From the IMG/VR virus record IMGVR_UViG_3300005142_000031: 20,000 nucleotides of DNA. One strand, written 5' to 3'. Within the stretch, counting starts at the first letter, position 1; each line of letters begins with the position of its first letter. Of this stretch, positions 1 through 8,594 are shown piece after piece. Position numbers and translations under genes: made by a program. The notes under the pieces were generated by a model that worked only from the letters and a program-made list of their open reading frames with translations, was not told the origin of the DNA and ran no database searches. This DNA comes from an uncultured virus (IMG/VR IMGVR_UViG_3300005142_000031). Lineage: Duplodnaviria > Heunggongvirae > Uroviricota > Caudoviricetes.

Positions 1-85
1 TGCCACCTAGCACATCCTTGCCGTGCGACAGCACGGGCGAGGTGCCCGGGCCGAAGCGAAACATCGGGAACACCATCTTGGTCAT
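1..85 (-). CDS. 5' end of a gene running off the window (MTKMVFPMFRFGPGTSPVLSHGKDVLGG...)
   Basis: ATG at 85 (in-frame ATG at 94), preceded by CCAAGGATGG and a promoter-like element at 123-150; frame open to the window edge. Confidence 0.45.
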   Translation of the reverse strand, partial: MTKMVFPMFRFGPGTSPVLSHGKDVLGG

Positions 86-122
86 CTTCACCATCCTTGG
101 TTAGTTTCCTATGACCATCTTC

Positions 123-150
123 AGTCTAGCACAGGACTAGACTTGTTCAA
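123..150 (-). promoter_or_regulatory. Sigma70-like promoter TTGAAC-N16-TAGACT
   Basis: Minus strand reads TTGAAC AAGTCTAGTCCTGTGC TAGACT; the 16-mer TGCTAGACTGAAGATG is identical to that at 15838-15853. Confidence 0.6.
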
Positions 151-655
151 AACTGGATTGTCTTGAGTCGCCCCAGTAGAGGCCAAGCATCCGTGCCTGA
201 AAGAACATCCGATCTGCCCGACCCGCCGCGGCCTCGCGCGACGTCTCCCAGTCGTTGCGCTCCTGGTCATCGACCAGCAGCAGGGCGATCAGCACACCCT
301 GGTTCTGGGTGTCGGCGAACACCCCCTCATCGACCAGCTTGAGATTGAACAGCATCACCGACAGCAGGGCGCCGAGCAGGTCCTCGTCAGCCCCGGCCGG
401 GCGCAACAGAGCTCTGGCGGTATCGTCAATGCGCCGGGCATAGAGCTTGGCGGTGACGCCATCGCAGGTCTTCAGCGGCTCGACCGCCGCCAGGTTCAGC
501 CGGTGGGTCAGGTCGTCCTCGACCTCATACAGACCCCTGGCCTTCAGACTCTCCAGCACCAGCGCCAGCATGTGCGCCGGCAGCGCCCGTTCGAGGATCT
601 GCTGCTCGGTGGTCGCCGGCGGCGGGCGTCGGACGATCGATGGTCTTGCCTCCAT
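137..655 (-). CDS. Hypothetical helical protein (~172 aa)
   Basis: ORF 137..673; the ATG at 655 follows a strong CCAAGGAGG SD so is the preferred start; directly downstream of terL. Confidence 0.75.
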   Translation of the reverse strand: MEARPSIVRRPPPATTEQQILERALPAHMLALVLESLKARGLYEVEDDLTHRLNLAAVEPLKTCDGVTAKLYARRIDDTARALLRPAGADEDLLGALLSVMLFNLKLVDEGVFADTQNQGVLIALLLVDDQERNDWETSREAAAGRADRMFFQARMLGLYWGDSRQSSFEQV

Positions 656-675
656 GGCGGCCTCCTTGGCCATCG

Positions 676-689
676 TGCAATCAATTGCA
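676..689. repeat. 14-bp palindrome copy 1, TGCAATCAATTGCA
   Basis: Read directly; intergenic between the terL stop and the SD of the next gene. Confidence 0.95.
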
Positions 690-691
690 AA

Positions 692-2641
692 CTAAGACGC
701 CAGGCGCTCCCGGCGCAGGCGCTCGGTGTAGCTCTGCGGGTCGTCCGGCGCCTCCCGGGCCGGGGTCTCGGTAGCATCGCTGCGGCGCAGGTAGTGTGGG
801 ATCTCGCTGATCGGCACGCCGTGGCCGACCCAGACATCGGTGGCCAGGGTCAGCCCGGAGATCACCCCCGCCACGGCGTCGGAGCAGTCCTTCGAGTAAT
901 TCACCGGGTGGTCGATCTTGCCGGTCTTGGGGTCGATCTCTAGCCGGACGAACTCGGTCTGAGCCTTGTCGTGCTCGGGCGCCTCGACCCGGCCGTCATA
1001 GAACGCCAGCTTGGCGATCTCGTAGTAGCGGTTCGACTCGTCGAGCGAGCGCAGCCCGGTCAGGAACCCCTTCTGGTTCAGCAGCTGCAGGGTGTCGGCG
1101 GACTGGTACTGGTCGGCCGAGGCCCAGCGCAGCGGCAGCCCGACCTCGCGCAGCTTGTAGAGCAGCGCCCGGATCTTGTCGTAGATGATCTCCGAGTTCT
1201 TCGGCGGTCGGACCTCGAGGATGGCGTCGAACCGGATCACCGGCAGCCACTCGTAGTGCCCCTCGGCCCGGGCGACCTTCTGGAACCGCGGCACATGGCC
1301 GATTGCCACACCGGTGGCGTCGCCGGTCTTCGACAGGTCGAGATGCACCCAGCGCGGCTCGTTCAGATTGACGAACCGCTTGGGGTAGATCAGCACCTGC
1401 GAGCTGGCGAAATCGGTGTCGGGCCGCGACAGCACCGAGGGTACCTTGCCGAAGCAGGCCGCCACCTTGTCCGGCTGCATCACGAACGGATAGAGCGCCA
1501 GGGTCGACACGCCGGCAATGTCGCGCAGCGAGGACAGCATGTCGCGCTCGAACTCGGTTCGATACTCCTCCGGCACCGCCATCACCAGGCGCTGGTCCTC
1601 TTCCGGGATCGTGGTCTCCTCGCCCGACTCCAGGATGCGCGGCCGGCGCGACACGTCGCCGACGAAAATGTGGAACCATTCGCCGGAGAAGGCGTCCGGC
1701 TTGACGTCCCAGACCCTCTTGTCGAAGACGAAGATCGAGGGGTCGTTCTTGGCCTCGTCGATCTTGATGTCGGTGAACTCGCCCGGGTAGCGCTTCGACG
1801 AGACCAGACAGAGCATGCCCGGCAGCTTGCCGCCCTGCATGAAGCGCGATTTCCGGCGCCGGACGATGGTGTTGTACATCTCGTTGGCCTGGTCGAACAC
1901 GCCGCCGTCGATCGCGTTCTTCGACTTCTCGACCACGGCCATGAAGTTGACCTCGTCGATGATGCCGCCGAACACGTTCTGGCCGATCGCCGCCGACACG
2001 TCGCCCGACAACGGCCGGACGATGATCCGCTTGGGGAACAGAAGCTCGCTCTCGATGTCCGGTCTATACGGGAACTTCGTCGAGAAGTAGGGCGACTGGC
2101 GCACCGCCGACTTGAACCGCTCGAACTCGACCGTCTTGGCCACCAGCTTGTTCAGCGACTGGAAGATGAACATGATCTCCGAGCTGGGATCGAGCCGGTA
2201 GGTGCGCTGCGGGCTGTGCAGACAGCTCAGCACGTAGAGCTGGTAAGCCGTCGTGTAGAGGGCCAGGGTCGTCTTGCCGGTGCCGATGCCGCCAGTGAGC
2301 ACCGCCTCGACATAGCGCCCGCCGTTCAGCTCAAACATGTCGTTGCGGATCGACGGATACAGCACCCCGGGCTGGTTCAGCATCTCGGTCGACTCGACGA
2401 AGGTCTGCGGGTCGACCGGCAGCCACCGGTAGTGCTTCTCCTCGCCCTTGAACTGCTTGAAATGGTTCAAGGCGCGCGACAGATAGGCGAGCCGCTCGCG
2501 CGAGTCCTCGTAGGTCTTCGAGAACCGCCAGACCACCTCGCCGGAGTAGCCCAGCCGGGCGCACAGCTTGAGCGCGGCCAGCAGGCGCTGCTCCAGGGTG
2601 AAGGCGTCACTGATCGACGGTGAGGTCAGTGACTTCGCCAT
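692..2641 (-). CDS. terL: Terminase large subunit
   Basis: Walker A LTGGIGTGKT, Walker B GGIIDEVNF, coupling-like LVSS, RNase H-like nuclease HLDLSKTGDATG and C-terminal KIDHP..SKDCSDA; 649 aa. Start approximate. Confidence 0.92.
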   Translation of the reverse strand: MAKSLTSPSISDAFTLEQRLLAALKLCARLGYSGEVVWRFSKTYEDSRERLAYLSRALNHFKQFKGEEKHYRWLPVDPQTFVESTEMLNQPGVLYPSIRNDMFELNGGRYVEAVLTGGIGTGKTTLALYTTAYQLYVLSCLHSPQRTYRLDPSSEIMFIFQSLNKLVAKTVEFERFKSAVRQSPYFSTKFPYRPDIESELLFPKRIIVRPLSGDVSAAIGQNVFGGIIDEVNFMAVVEKSKNAIDGGVFDQANEMYNTIVRRRKSRFMQGGKLPGMLCLVSSKRYPGEFTDIKIDEAKNDPSIFVFDKRVWDVKPDAFSGEWFHIFVGDVSRRPRILESGEETTIPEEDQRLVMAVPEEYRTEFERDMLSSLRDIAGVSTLALYPFVMQPDKVAACFGKVPSVLSRPDTDFASSQVLIYPKRFVNLNEPRWVHLDLSKTGDATGVAIGHVPRFQKVARAEGHYEWLPVIRFDAILEVRPPKNSEIIYDKIRALLYKLREVGLPLRWASADQYQSADTLQLLNQKGFLTGLRSLDESNRYYEIAKLAFYDGRVEAPEHDKAQTEFVRLEIDPKTGKIDHPVNYSKDCSDAVAGVISGLTLATDVWVGHGVPISEIPHYLRRSDATETPAREAPDDPQSYTERLRRERLAS

Positions 2642-3266
2642 CGATCACCTGCAGCAGGCCGTCGATCTCCTCGGTCCAGGAGAACTCCCGGACATTGCCG
2701 TCGGCATCCGTGACAGTACCGGTCATGTGCTTGGGCGCGCGCTTGATCGCTCCAGTCTCCAGCTGCAACTTGGCCAGGGTGCTGAGCATGTCGAACTGCA
2801 GGCGCATCTCGGACGAGACCTGCTGCATCAGCAGGGGCGATTCCTTCTCCCTCCTGTGCACCTTGTTCAGGCGCTCCTGCTGCATGTGGACCAGCGTCTC
2901 GATCTCGTCCATGGCATGCAGCCGGGCTTGCCAGGCCGGATCGGTCTCGCCGCGCACCTCGCGCACCACCTGGCGGAACTGGGCCTCGACAGGGTCGACC
3001 TCGCTCTCCTCCGCCGTCTCCTGGTCCTGGGCGTGGCGGCTGTCGAGCGGCACGATCTGGGTCTCGGCCTTGAGGTCGTCGCGCAGGCGGTACAGCGCCT
3101 TCTGCAGCGCCATCGGCTTGAGGTCCTCGCACTCGCCGCGCTTGTGCAGCATGCGCTGGATCGACGGCACCGACAGGCCCCGCTCGAGATCGTTGCAGAC
3201 CTCCTTGAAGCCCTCGACGCCGAGCCCCTGCAGCACACGGTACTTGGCTCGGTGCTTGATCGTCAT
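2607..3266 (-). CDS. Putative terminase small subunit
   Basis: 219 aa, immediately upstream of and overlapping terL; N-terminal HTH-like segment and coiled-coil-like middle. Positional inference. Confidence 0.55.
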   Translation of the reverse strand: MTIKHRAKYRVLQGLGVEGFKEVCNDLERGLSVPSIQRMLHKRGECEDLKPMALQKALYRLRDDLKAETQIVPLDSRHAQDQETAEESEVDPVEAQFRQVVREVRGETDPAWQARLHAMDEIETLVHMQQERLNKVHRREKESPLLMQQVSSEMRLQFDMLSTLAKLQLETGAIKRAPKHMTGTVTDADGNVREFSWTEEIDGLLQVIDGEVTDLTVDQ

Positions 3267-3267
3267 G

Positions 3268-4122
3268 TCACAGGCTCTTCACCATCTCGATCTGATCCTT
3301 GGTCGGCACCATCGACTCGGCCATCTCGATCTCGACCTGGGGCGTGGTCTCGACGATCCGGGCGACCACCTCGTCCAACTCGCCCTTTGCAATCAATTGC
3401 ATGAGGCCGCCGACCACGTCGTCGACGGTGCGGCTCTTCTGCCGGCACAGCTGGCAGACCGAGAGCACGGCATCGAAGCTCTTCTTGTTCTCGAGCCGCA
3501 GCCACACCGAGTCCTTGCCGCCATAATCGAGCACCATGTAGCCGAACGGCAGGCTGTCGCCGTAGACCGAGAACATCCGGTTCAGCAGCTTGGCCAGATC
3601 GTCGATGGTGCGCAGCTCCTTGGCCGCCTCCTTGAACTCCTTCTGCATGTCCTTGGGCAGCTGCTTCGCGGCGGCATCGATCAGCGCCTTGAACTCCTTC
3701 TCCTCGGCGAAGCCGAACATTTCCTGGAGCAGGTCGTCGCCGTACTTGCCGGCCACCTGGTTGTAGATGTCGACGAAGGCCTGCGGGTCCAGCTTGCCCT
3801 TGATGACGTTCATCCGGACCATCTGGAAGGTCTCGGCCTCCTCGTCGAAGTCCGGATCGGTGATCACCACCACCGGCACTTCCTCGAAGCCGAGGTAGCG
3901 CGCCGCCTCATAGCGGTGATGGCCGCCGACGATGCGATACTGGCCCTTCTGCTTGAGCGGCCGGACCAGGATCGGCTCGGTCAGTCCGGTCTGCTCCATG
4001 TTGTCGACCAGCAGGTCGAACGCCCGCCCCGACATCTTGTTCGGGTTCTTCGGGTTCGGCTGCAAGGCGTCGAGCGGCACCGTCTTGTACTCGTTCGACT
4101 TGGTCTTCTGGACCGCGGTCAT
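3268..4122 (-). CDS. ParB/Sulfiredoxin N-terminal domain protein
   Basis: VPLDALQPNPKNPNKM...GLTEPILVRP...YRIVGGHHRYEAARYLGFEEVPVVV is a ParBc-type motif set; uncharacterised C-terminal half. Confidence 0.88.
   Translation of the reverse strand: MTAVQKTKSNEYKTVPLDALQPNPKNPNKMSGRAFDLLVDNMEQTGLTEPILVRPLKQKGQYRIVGGHHRYEAARYLGFEEVPVVVITDPDFDEEAETFQMVRMNVIKGKLDPQAFVDIYNQVAGKYGDDLLQEMFGFAEEKEFKALIDAAAKQLPKDMQKEFKEAAKELRTIDDLAKLLNRMFSVYGDSLPFGYMVLDYGGKDSVWLRLENKKSFDAVLSVCQLCRQKSRTVDDVVGGLMQLIAKGELDEVVARIVETTPQVEIEMAESMVPTKDQIEMVKSL
3388..3401. repeat. 14-bp palindrome copy 2, TGCAATCAATTGCA (inside the ParB-like gene)
   Basis: Read directly; encodes (M)QLIA with AT-rich codons CAA TTG ATT GCA. Confidence 0.95.
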
Positions 4123-4682
4123 CCGTCACCTTCCTTGGTCATCAGCCAGTCATCGAGGTCGATCTCGTGCAGACCCTCCAACGGCAGGTTCACGCACTCG
4201 GTATGGCCGCAGCACGCCATGAGGATGTCGATCGACGCCGGCTCGGTGAACGCCCGGAGCCACACCAGCTGCGACACAGGTCCGCCATGGGTGGCGCAGA
4301 AGGGCAAACCCCAGAAGGCCACTTCCTCGGGCCAGTATGCCGGTCGCAGGGTCCTCATGGTGATCGTTCGGAGACTGGGCACCTGGAGCCAGGTCAAGTC
4401 GAGGTGCGCCTCCTCGACTTTGCTGTGTGGGACCTTCTTCTCGTAGCTCTTGCCGCAATAGCCACAGGTCCAGACCGCCTTCCACGCCTGATCAGCGATC
4501 CGGTATTCAACCTCCAGGCTGTCGGCGAACCGACCACAGATGCCACAGGATGGCTTACTGTGGAACGGCCAGACTTCCTGCGTCTTGTAGCTCAGCGGCA
4601 GTGGTGCACCCGCGTAGGCGAACGCTTTTTCAGCCTTGGCGAAGACCTTGGTATCCGCCATCTCGTCGAACAGCGCGACCAT
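4119..4682 (-). CDS. Hypothetical Cys-rich, probable zinc-binding protein
   Basis: CGIC, CGYC, CATHG and CCGH motifs; SD AAGGAAGGTGAGG; stop overlaps the ParB start (ATGA). Confidence 0.72.
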   Translation of the reverse strand: MVALFDEMADTKVFAKAEKAFAYAGAPLPLSYKTQEVWPFHSKPSCGICGRFADSLEVEYRIADQAWKAVWTCGYCGKSYEKKVPHSKVEEAHLDLTWLQVPSLRTITMRTLRPAYWPEEVAFWGLPFCATHGGPVSQLVWLRAFTEPASIDILMACCGHTECVNLPLEGLHEIDLDDWLMTKEGDG

Positions 4683-4685
4683 GCC

Positions 4686-5093
4686 TCACCTTCCTTGGTT
4701 CCAGGCCGTGATGTCTTCCCAGTACAGTTCGCCCGGCCGCTCGCGCTTGTGCCAGCGGTAGCCCTCGCAGCTCTTCGGGGTGCGCACGCCGGAGAAGCGG
4801 TTGTCGAGGATCAGCACGCCGGCATCGGTATCGACCGACAGCACCGCGTGGTAGGTGCCGGTCTCGTCCCAGCACAGGGTGATCTTCAGGTCCTCGCGCG
4901 GATAGCCCATCTTCATCAGCCGGTGCAGCTTGGCCAGGGCATAGTCCTCGCAGTCGCCCTCCTCGTCCGGGATCTCCCAGAGATCGAGCCGGCCGTACTT
5001 CTCCGGATCGGGGACGTACTTGATCTGCGCGTTGATCGTGCGCTGCACCAGGCTGATCCGCGCAGCGTTCTCGTGGGTCAGCTGGATGGGCAT
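4686..5093 (-). CDS. Transglutaminase-like cysteine protease (BTLCP/LapG-like, peptidase C93), catalytic domain only
   Basis: INAQIKYVPDPEKYGRLDLW...GDCEDYALAK...HAVLSVDTDAGVLILDNR gives the Cys-His-Asp triad; ATG at 5093 with GGAGG SD; no signal peptide. Confidence 0.88.
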   Translation of the reverse strand: MPIQLTHENAARISLVQRTINAQIKYVPDPEKYGRLDLWEIPDEEGDCEDYALAKLHRLMKMGYPREDLKITLCWDETGTYHAVLSVDTDAGVLILDNRFSGVRTPKSCEGYRWHKRERPGELYWEDITAWNQGR

Positions 5094-5275
5094 CCCGGGT
5101 CCTCCGGATAGCGGCGGCAGTAATCCAGCCAGCCCGGCGGCGGCGCAACCAGGCCATCCGGAGCCGGCGGCAGGACGGGACGGCGCGGATCGGGAGCGCA
5201 GGACGCCAGAAGCGCTGCCAGCACCGTGATCAGGGCCCACAGCACCAAGGCTCGGCCGAGACAGCTGCGGTTCAT
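5078..5275 (-). CDS. Small Pro-rich lipoprotein resembling the BTLCP N-terminal segment
   Basis: Hydrophobic signal with lipobox LLASC, then PPPGWLDYCRRYPEDPGC; start overlaps the dNMP kinase stop. Confidence 0.7.
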   Translation of the reverse strand: MNRSCLGRALVLWALITVLAALLASCAPDPRRPVLPPAPDGLVAPPPGWLDYCRRYPEDPGCPSS

Positions 5276-5805
5276 CCCTCAACCTCCAGCTCGGCGATCT
5301 GGGCATCGAGCTGCGCATACAGCCGCTCCAGCGACCCCGCGTTGTCGATGGTCAGGTCGTGCGAAATCCGCTCCAGCTCGGTCTCCGAGCGGTGCTTCTC
5401 GTGGGTCGAGCGTCGGCCGGTCAGCCGCCACAGCTCGCCGCCGAGCTCTCGGATGCCTTCCGCCTCGCTGAAGAACCGCACGTCGTCGATCACCACGTCG
5501 TAGTCGACGCCGATCAGCGAGCGCTGCAGCAGGTGCACCCAGAACCGCTCGCCGATCAGGTCGCGGCCCCATTCGGTGCCCAGGGTCTGCATGGCGTAGG
5601 CCGGGGTCTGCCCCAGCAGCAGATCGCAGGGCTCGGTCTTGAGGTCCCCATTGAGCTGGCGCTCGTCGAGGCCGAGCGCGCGCAACATCGCCTTCAACGG
5701 CGTGGCGAAGGAGCGGCGCTCGAAACCGTGATGTCCCTGCAGGTGCAGCGCGGCGGTGGTCTTGCCGCTGCCGCGGGGGCCGATCAGGCCGATGATCATC
5801 CTCAC
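5272..5805 (-). CDS. Deoxynucleoside monophosphate kinase (phage dNMP kinase family)
   Basis: IIGLIGPRGSGKTT P-loop, SFATPLK, MQTLGTEWGR, VIDDVRFFSE, HRSE and IDNAGSLE motifs. Confidence 0.92.
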   Translation of the reverse strand: MRMIIGLIGPRGSGKTTAALHLQGHHGFERRSFATPLKAMLRALGLDERQLNGDLKTEPCDLLLGQTPAYAMQTLGTEWGRDLIGERFWVHLLQRSLIGVDYDVVIDDVRFFSEAEGIRELGGELWRLTGRRSTHEKHRSETELERISHDLTIDNAGSLERLYAQLDAQIAELEVEG

Positions 5806-5838
5806 CCTCCTTGGTCTACCCGTCCTTGGGTGGCGAGA

Positions 5839-5867
5839 AGTCTACGGCCTGAATCCAGGCTGATCAA
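5839..5867 (-). promoter_or_regulatory. Sigma70-like promoter TTGATC-N17-TAGACT
   Basis: Intergenic, upstream of the dNMP kinase; same TAGACT -10 as other promoters in the window. Confidence 0.6.
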
Positions 5868-5907
5868 TGGCTTCCGCGCAACTCCGGTCTCGTGGACGCG
5901 ACCAGGA

Positions 5908-7053
5908 TCAGTTGACGATCTTGCGCCGCGCGTAGTTCAGCGCGTCCAGGCTGTTGCGCATGGCCTCGACCATCGGCCACAGGCCCTCCCGAGTCGTGCC
6001 ATCGAAGTACAGCACGCAGGCCTCGCTCGATAGCTGGCGCAACAGTATCCCGCCCGCCCAGACCAGCCGCCGAGCCAGCAGGTCGCCCTCGGCTCGGAAC
6101 AGCAGGTCGCCCAGAAAGTCGACCCGCTGCTTGCCGTTCTCGAACGGCAGGTGCTGGATCAGCTTGGCGACCGGGGTCTCCATCTTGGCGAAATACGCCA
6201 GCGCGCGCTTGCCCTCCTGGGTATGCCAGTCGAACGTGTAGCTGGGATACGGGCCGATCATCTCGACCTCTGGCATCGGGTCGTCGTGCGTCTGGGGCCG
6301 GGGCCGGGTCCCGTCGCCCCACACCTGCTGCCAGAGCAGGGCGAAGGGCATCGACATCTGGTCGCATCCGATCGCGTTGGCCTGGCGCACCGTGTACAGG
6401 ACGTCGTCCGGCACGCCGAGCCCGCGCACTGCCTTGAACCAAGGGCCCACCCCGCCCTTGCGACTCGGAAACCCCGCCTTCGGATCTTCCGAGTCGCGCT
6501 GGCCACGCAGCAGGGTCAGCGCCATGATCCGCGTGGTCCGGGGCTGATGCTCGTCCAATGCAATCAATTGCAGTTCATGGTCGGACAGCTCGGCCATGTT
6601 CTGCCGGGCGGCATGCCAGTTCCGGTGCCAGTAGACCGCGACCGGCCCGTCGCAGGCGGTGCGGTCGCCCGGTGCCTCGCACAACCGCCTGACCAGGGCC
6701 ATCAGCCCCGGCTTCTCGCCGTGCTGCTCGCGCACCGCCTTGGCGCTGCAGAACCGCACCAGAGCCATCATGCCATCGAGATCGGCGATACCGACATCCT
6801 CGAAGCCGATAATGGTCAACCGGCGCCAGAGATAAGCCGGGTCGACCTGCCGCACGCCCTCCGCCATCTTCAGCGCGGTGTCGACATCGCCGCGGCGCAC
6901 CGCTTTCTGCAGAGCCGAGATCATCCGCCACTTGCGCTGCGGGTCCGACACGCGGACCGCCGGGGTCTCCGGGGCCTCGACGACCCACTGGCTGAGCAGG
7001 TCGTCGGCCTTCTGTTTCTGGGGCTTGTATCCCTGCACGTCCCTACCATCCAT
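5908..7053 (-). CDS. RarA/MgsA C-terminal-like helical protein without an AAA+ domain
   Basis: ISALQKAVRRGDVDTAL...AYLWRRLTIIGFEDVGIAD matches the RarA post-ATPase motif; no Walker A or B in the ORF. Confidence 0.7.
   Translation of the reverse strand: MDGRDVQGYKPQKQKADDLLSQWVVEAPETPAVRVSDPQRKWRMISALQKAVRRGDVDTALKMAEGVRQVDPAYLWRRLTIIGFEDVGIADLDGMMALVRFCSAKAVREQHGEKPGLMALVRRLCEAPGDRTACDGPVAVYWHRNWHAARQNMAELSDHELQLIALDEHQPRTTRIMALTLLRGQRDSEDPKAGFPSRKGGVGPWFKAVRGLGVPDDVLYTVRQANAIGCDQMSMPFALLWQQVWGDGTRPRPQTHDDPMPEVEMIGPYPSYTFDWHTQEGKRALAYFAKMETPVAKLIQHLPFENGKQRVDFLGDLLFRAEGDLLARRLVWAGGILLRQLSSEACVLYFDGTTREGLWPMVEAMRNSLDALNYARRKIVN
6559..6572. repeat. 14-bp palindrome copy 3, TGCAATCAATTGCA (inside the RarA-C-like gene)
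   Basis: Read directly; encodes (L)QLIA in the same frame as copy 2. Confidence 0.95.
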
Positions 7054-7074
7054 GGTTTCGGTTCCCGTTCATTC

Positions 7075-7102
7075 ATTCTACCAATTTAACCAGGCCAAGC
7101 AA
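7075..7102 (-). promoter_or_regulatory. Sigma70-like promoter TTGCTT-N16-TAGAAT
   Basis: AT-rich patch overlapping the glycosyltransferase stop, about 20 bp upstream of the 7053 start. Confidence 0.55.
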
Positions 7103-8594
7103 GATGGCCCGTGGCCGCACCGGCGTCGCGCAGGCCATGCCGGTACTTCAGCTTGAGTCGATACTCGTTCCAGGCAGTGCCCATCGAGTAGCTCGTGCGG
7201 TGCCGCGAGCGCTGATAGACGGTGTACAGGTGGCGCAGCGTGCCGGCCTCGTGCAGGCCCTTCAGCGCGTCGGCGAACAGGAAGTCGGGCTTGCCCCGGG
7301 CCCAGTCCAGCACGCCCGCGACCACCTCGTTCTCGTCGGACTCGCCGGTCCCGGTCCGACCGATCCGCTCGGCCAGGCCCTGCTCGAACCGGTCGAGGAA
7401 CTCGTCGAGCAGGAGCGGGAACCAGCGGTCGTTGCGCTCGGCCATCATCAGCGCGAACACGTCCTCGGACCACGCCCGGAACTTGGCATACATGCCCTCG
7501 TAGTCCTCGTAGAAGGCCTTGAGCACCGCATAGGCCTCGCTCTCGCCCGAGACCAGGAATGGGTAGTCCTTGCCGAAGGTCGCCTCGGACCAGGCCGCCC
7601 TGTTGAACACCCCCGGCACCCCCAGCATCACCGGTTCGATCAGGCTGAGCGGGTAATCCTCGTCGTCGGACAGGGCCAGGATCAGGTCGGCCTCTTCGCG
7701 CATCACCCGCCAGAACTCCTCGCGTGGACAGCGCTTCACCTCCAGGTGCTCATGCTTCTCGTAGTCCTCGGTGACCCGGCTGTTCGAGGTCAGCAGGAAC
7801 CGGATCGGCCGCCGGCCGCCCCAGTACACCCACTGCTTGAGGAACACCGACAGGGCGGGCTCCTTCGAGGTGCGCTCAGACTTGCGCCGCGACACCCGCT
7901 GGGTATAGGCCACCGCGAACGGCCGCTCATGGGCGGCGACCGCCTTGACCTGCTCGGCCGAACGGGTGTGCACCTGGTCGACCCGGATCGAGGACGCCGC
8001 CACCAGCCGATCGGACAGCTCGCGCACCCTGCTGGGCGGAAACCAGCTGCGGGCCTCCTTCAGGATCAGCCTGGTCGAGGCGAACGAGAAGATCAGCGAC
8101 AGGTCGGCGGCCATGTAGCCGGTCAGGGCGAGCAGATCGCCCGAGCGCGGGTCGGGCTGACACACCCTGTTCTTGAACGACATGATCGGGAACTCATCGT
8201 CGATCACGATCGCCTTGGTCCAGGCCCGGTTCGACCGGGACATCCACATCCTGAGCGTCGGCACTTGGGTCGAGCGGGCGGTGAGCAGCACGTCGAAATC
8301 CCACAGCGGCCCGTTGTAGGCGACGGCGTTCTCGATGTCGGCGTTGACCCGGGCGTACTCCTTCATCCGGTCGGGGTCGACCGACACCGGCACGTAGCGC
8401 ACCCGCGGGTCGCGGATCAGCCAGTCATGGTCGATCGTCCAGCTGCCGCCCGAGGTCTCCGGGTCGGGCAGCAGGTAGTACACGAACAGGTCGTCCCGCC
8501 GCTCCAGCAAGTAGCGGATCATGGTCTGCATCTTGAAGTGGCAGGAGCAGAGCTGCGGGTCATTGGTGCTGATCGGATCGACGAGCAGTCTCAT
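7086..8594 (-). CDS. GT-B fold glycosyltransferase (GT4-like), ~502 aa
   Basis: Start MRLLVDP at 8594 (ATGA overlap with the WbqC-like stop); ADLILALSDDEDYPLSLIEPVMLGVPGV contains the E-x7-E motif; basic C-terminal extension. Confidence 0.78.
   Translation of the reverse strand: MRLLVDPISTNDPQLCSCHFKMQTMIRYLLERRDDLFVYYLLPDPETSGGSWTIDHDWLIRDPRVRYVPVSVDPDRMKEYARVNADIENAVAYNGPLWDFDVLLTARSTQVPTLRMWMSRSNRAWTKAIVIDDEFPIMSFKNRVCQPDPRSGDLLALTGYMAADLSLIFSFASTRLILKEARSWFPPSRVRELSDRLVAASSIRVDQVHTRSAEQVKAVAAHERPFAVAYTQRVSRRKSERTSKEPALSVFLKQWVYWGGRRPIRFLLTSNSRVTEDYEKHEHLEVKRCPREEFWRVMREEADLILALSDDEDYPLSLIEPVMLGVPGVFNRAAWSEATFGKDYPFLVSGESEAYAVLKAFYEDYEGMYAKFRAWSEDVFALMMAERNDRWFPLLLDEFLDRFEQGLAERIGRTGTGESDENEVVAGVLDWARGKPDFLFADALKGLHEAGTLRHLYTVYQRSRHRTSYSMGTAWNEYRLKLKYRHGLRDAGAATGHLAWPG

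Noticed and set aside
3268..4122. Classical parABS partition locus
   Set aside because: No parA in the window, non-canonical GHHR motif and location in the packaging operon.
5078..5275. Rz1-like o-spanin of a lysis cassette
   Set aside because: No endolysin, holin or i-spanin adjacent; the C-terminal motif fits the BTLCP N-terminus better.
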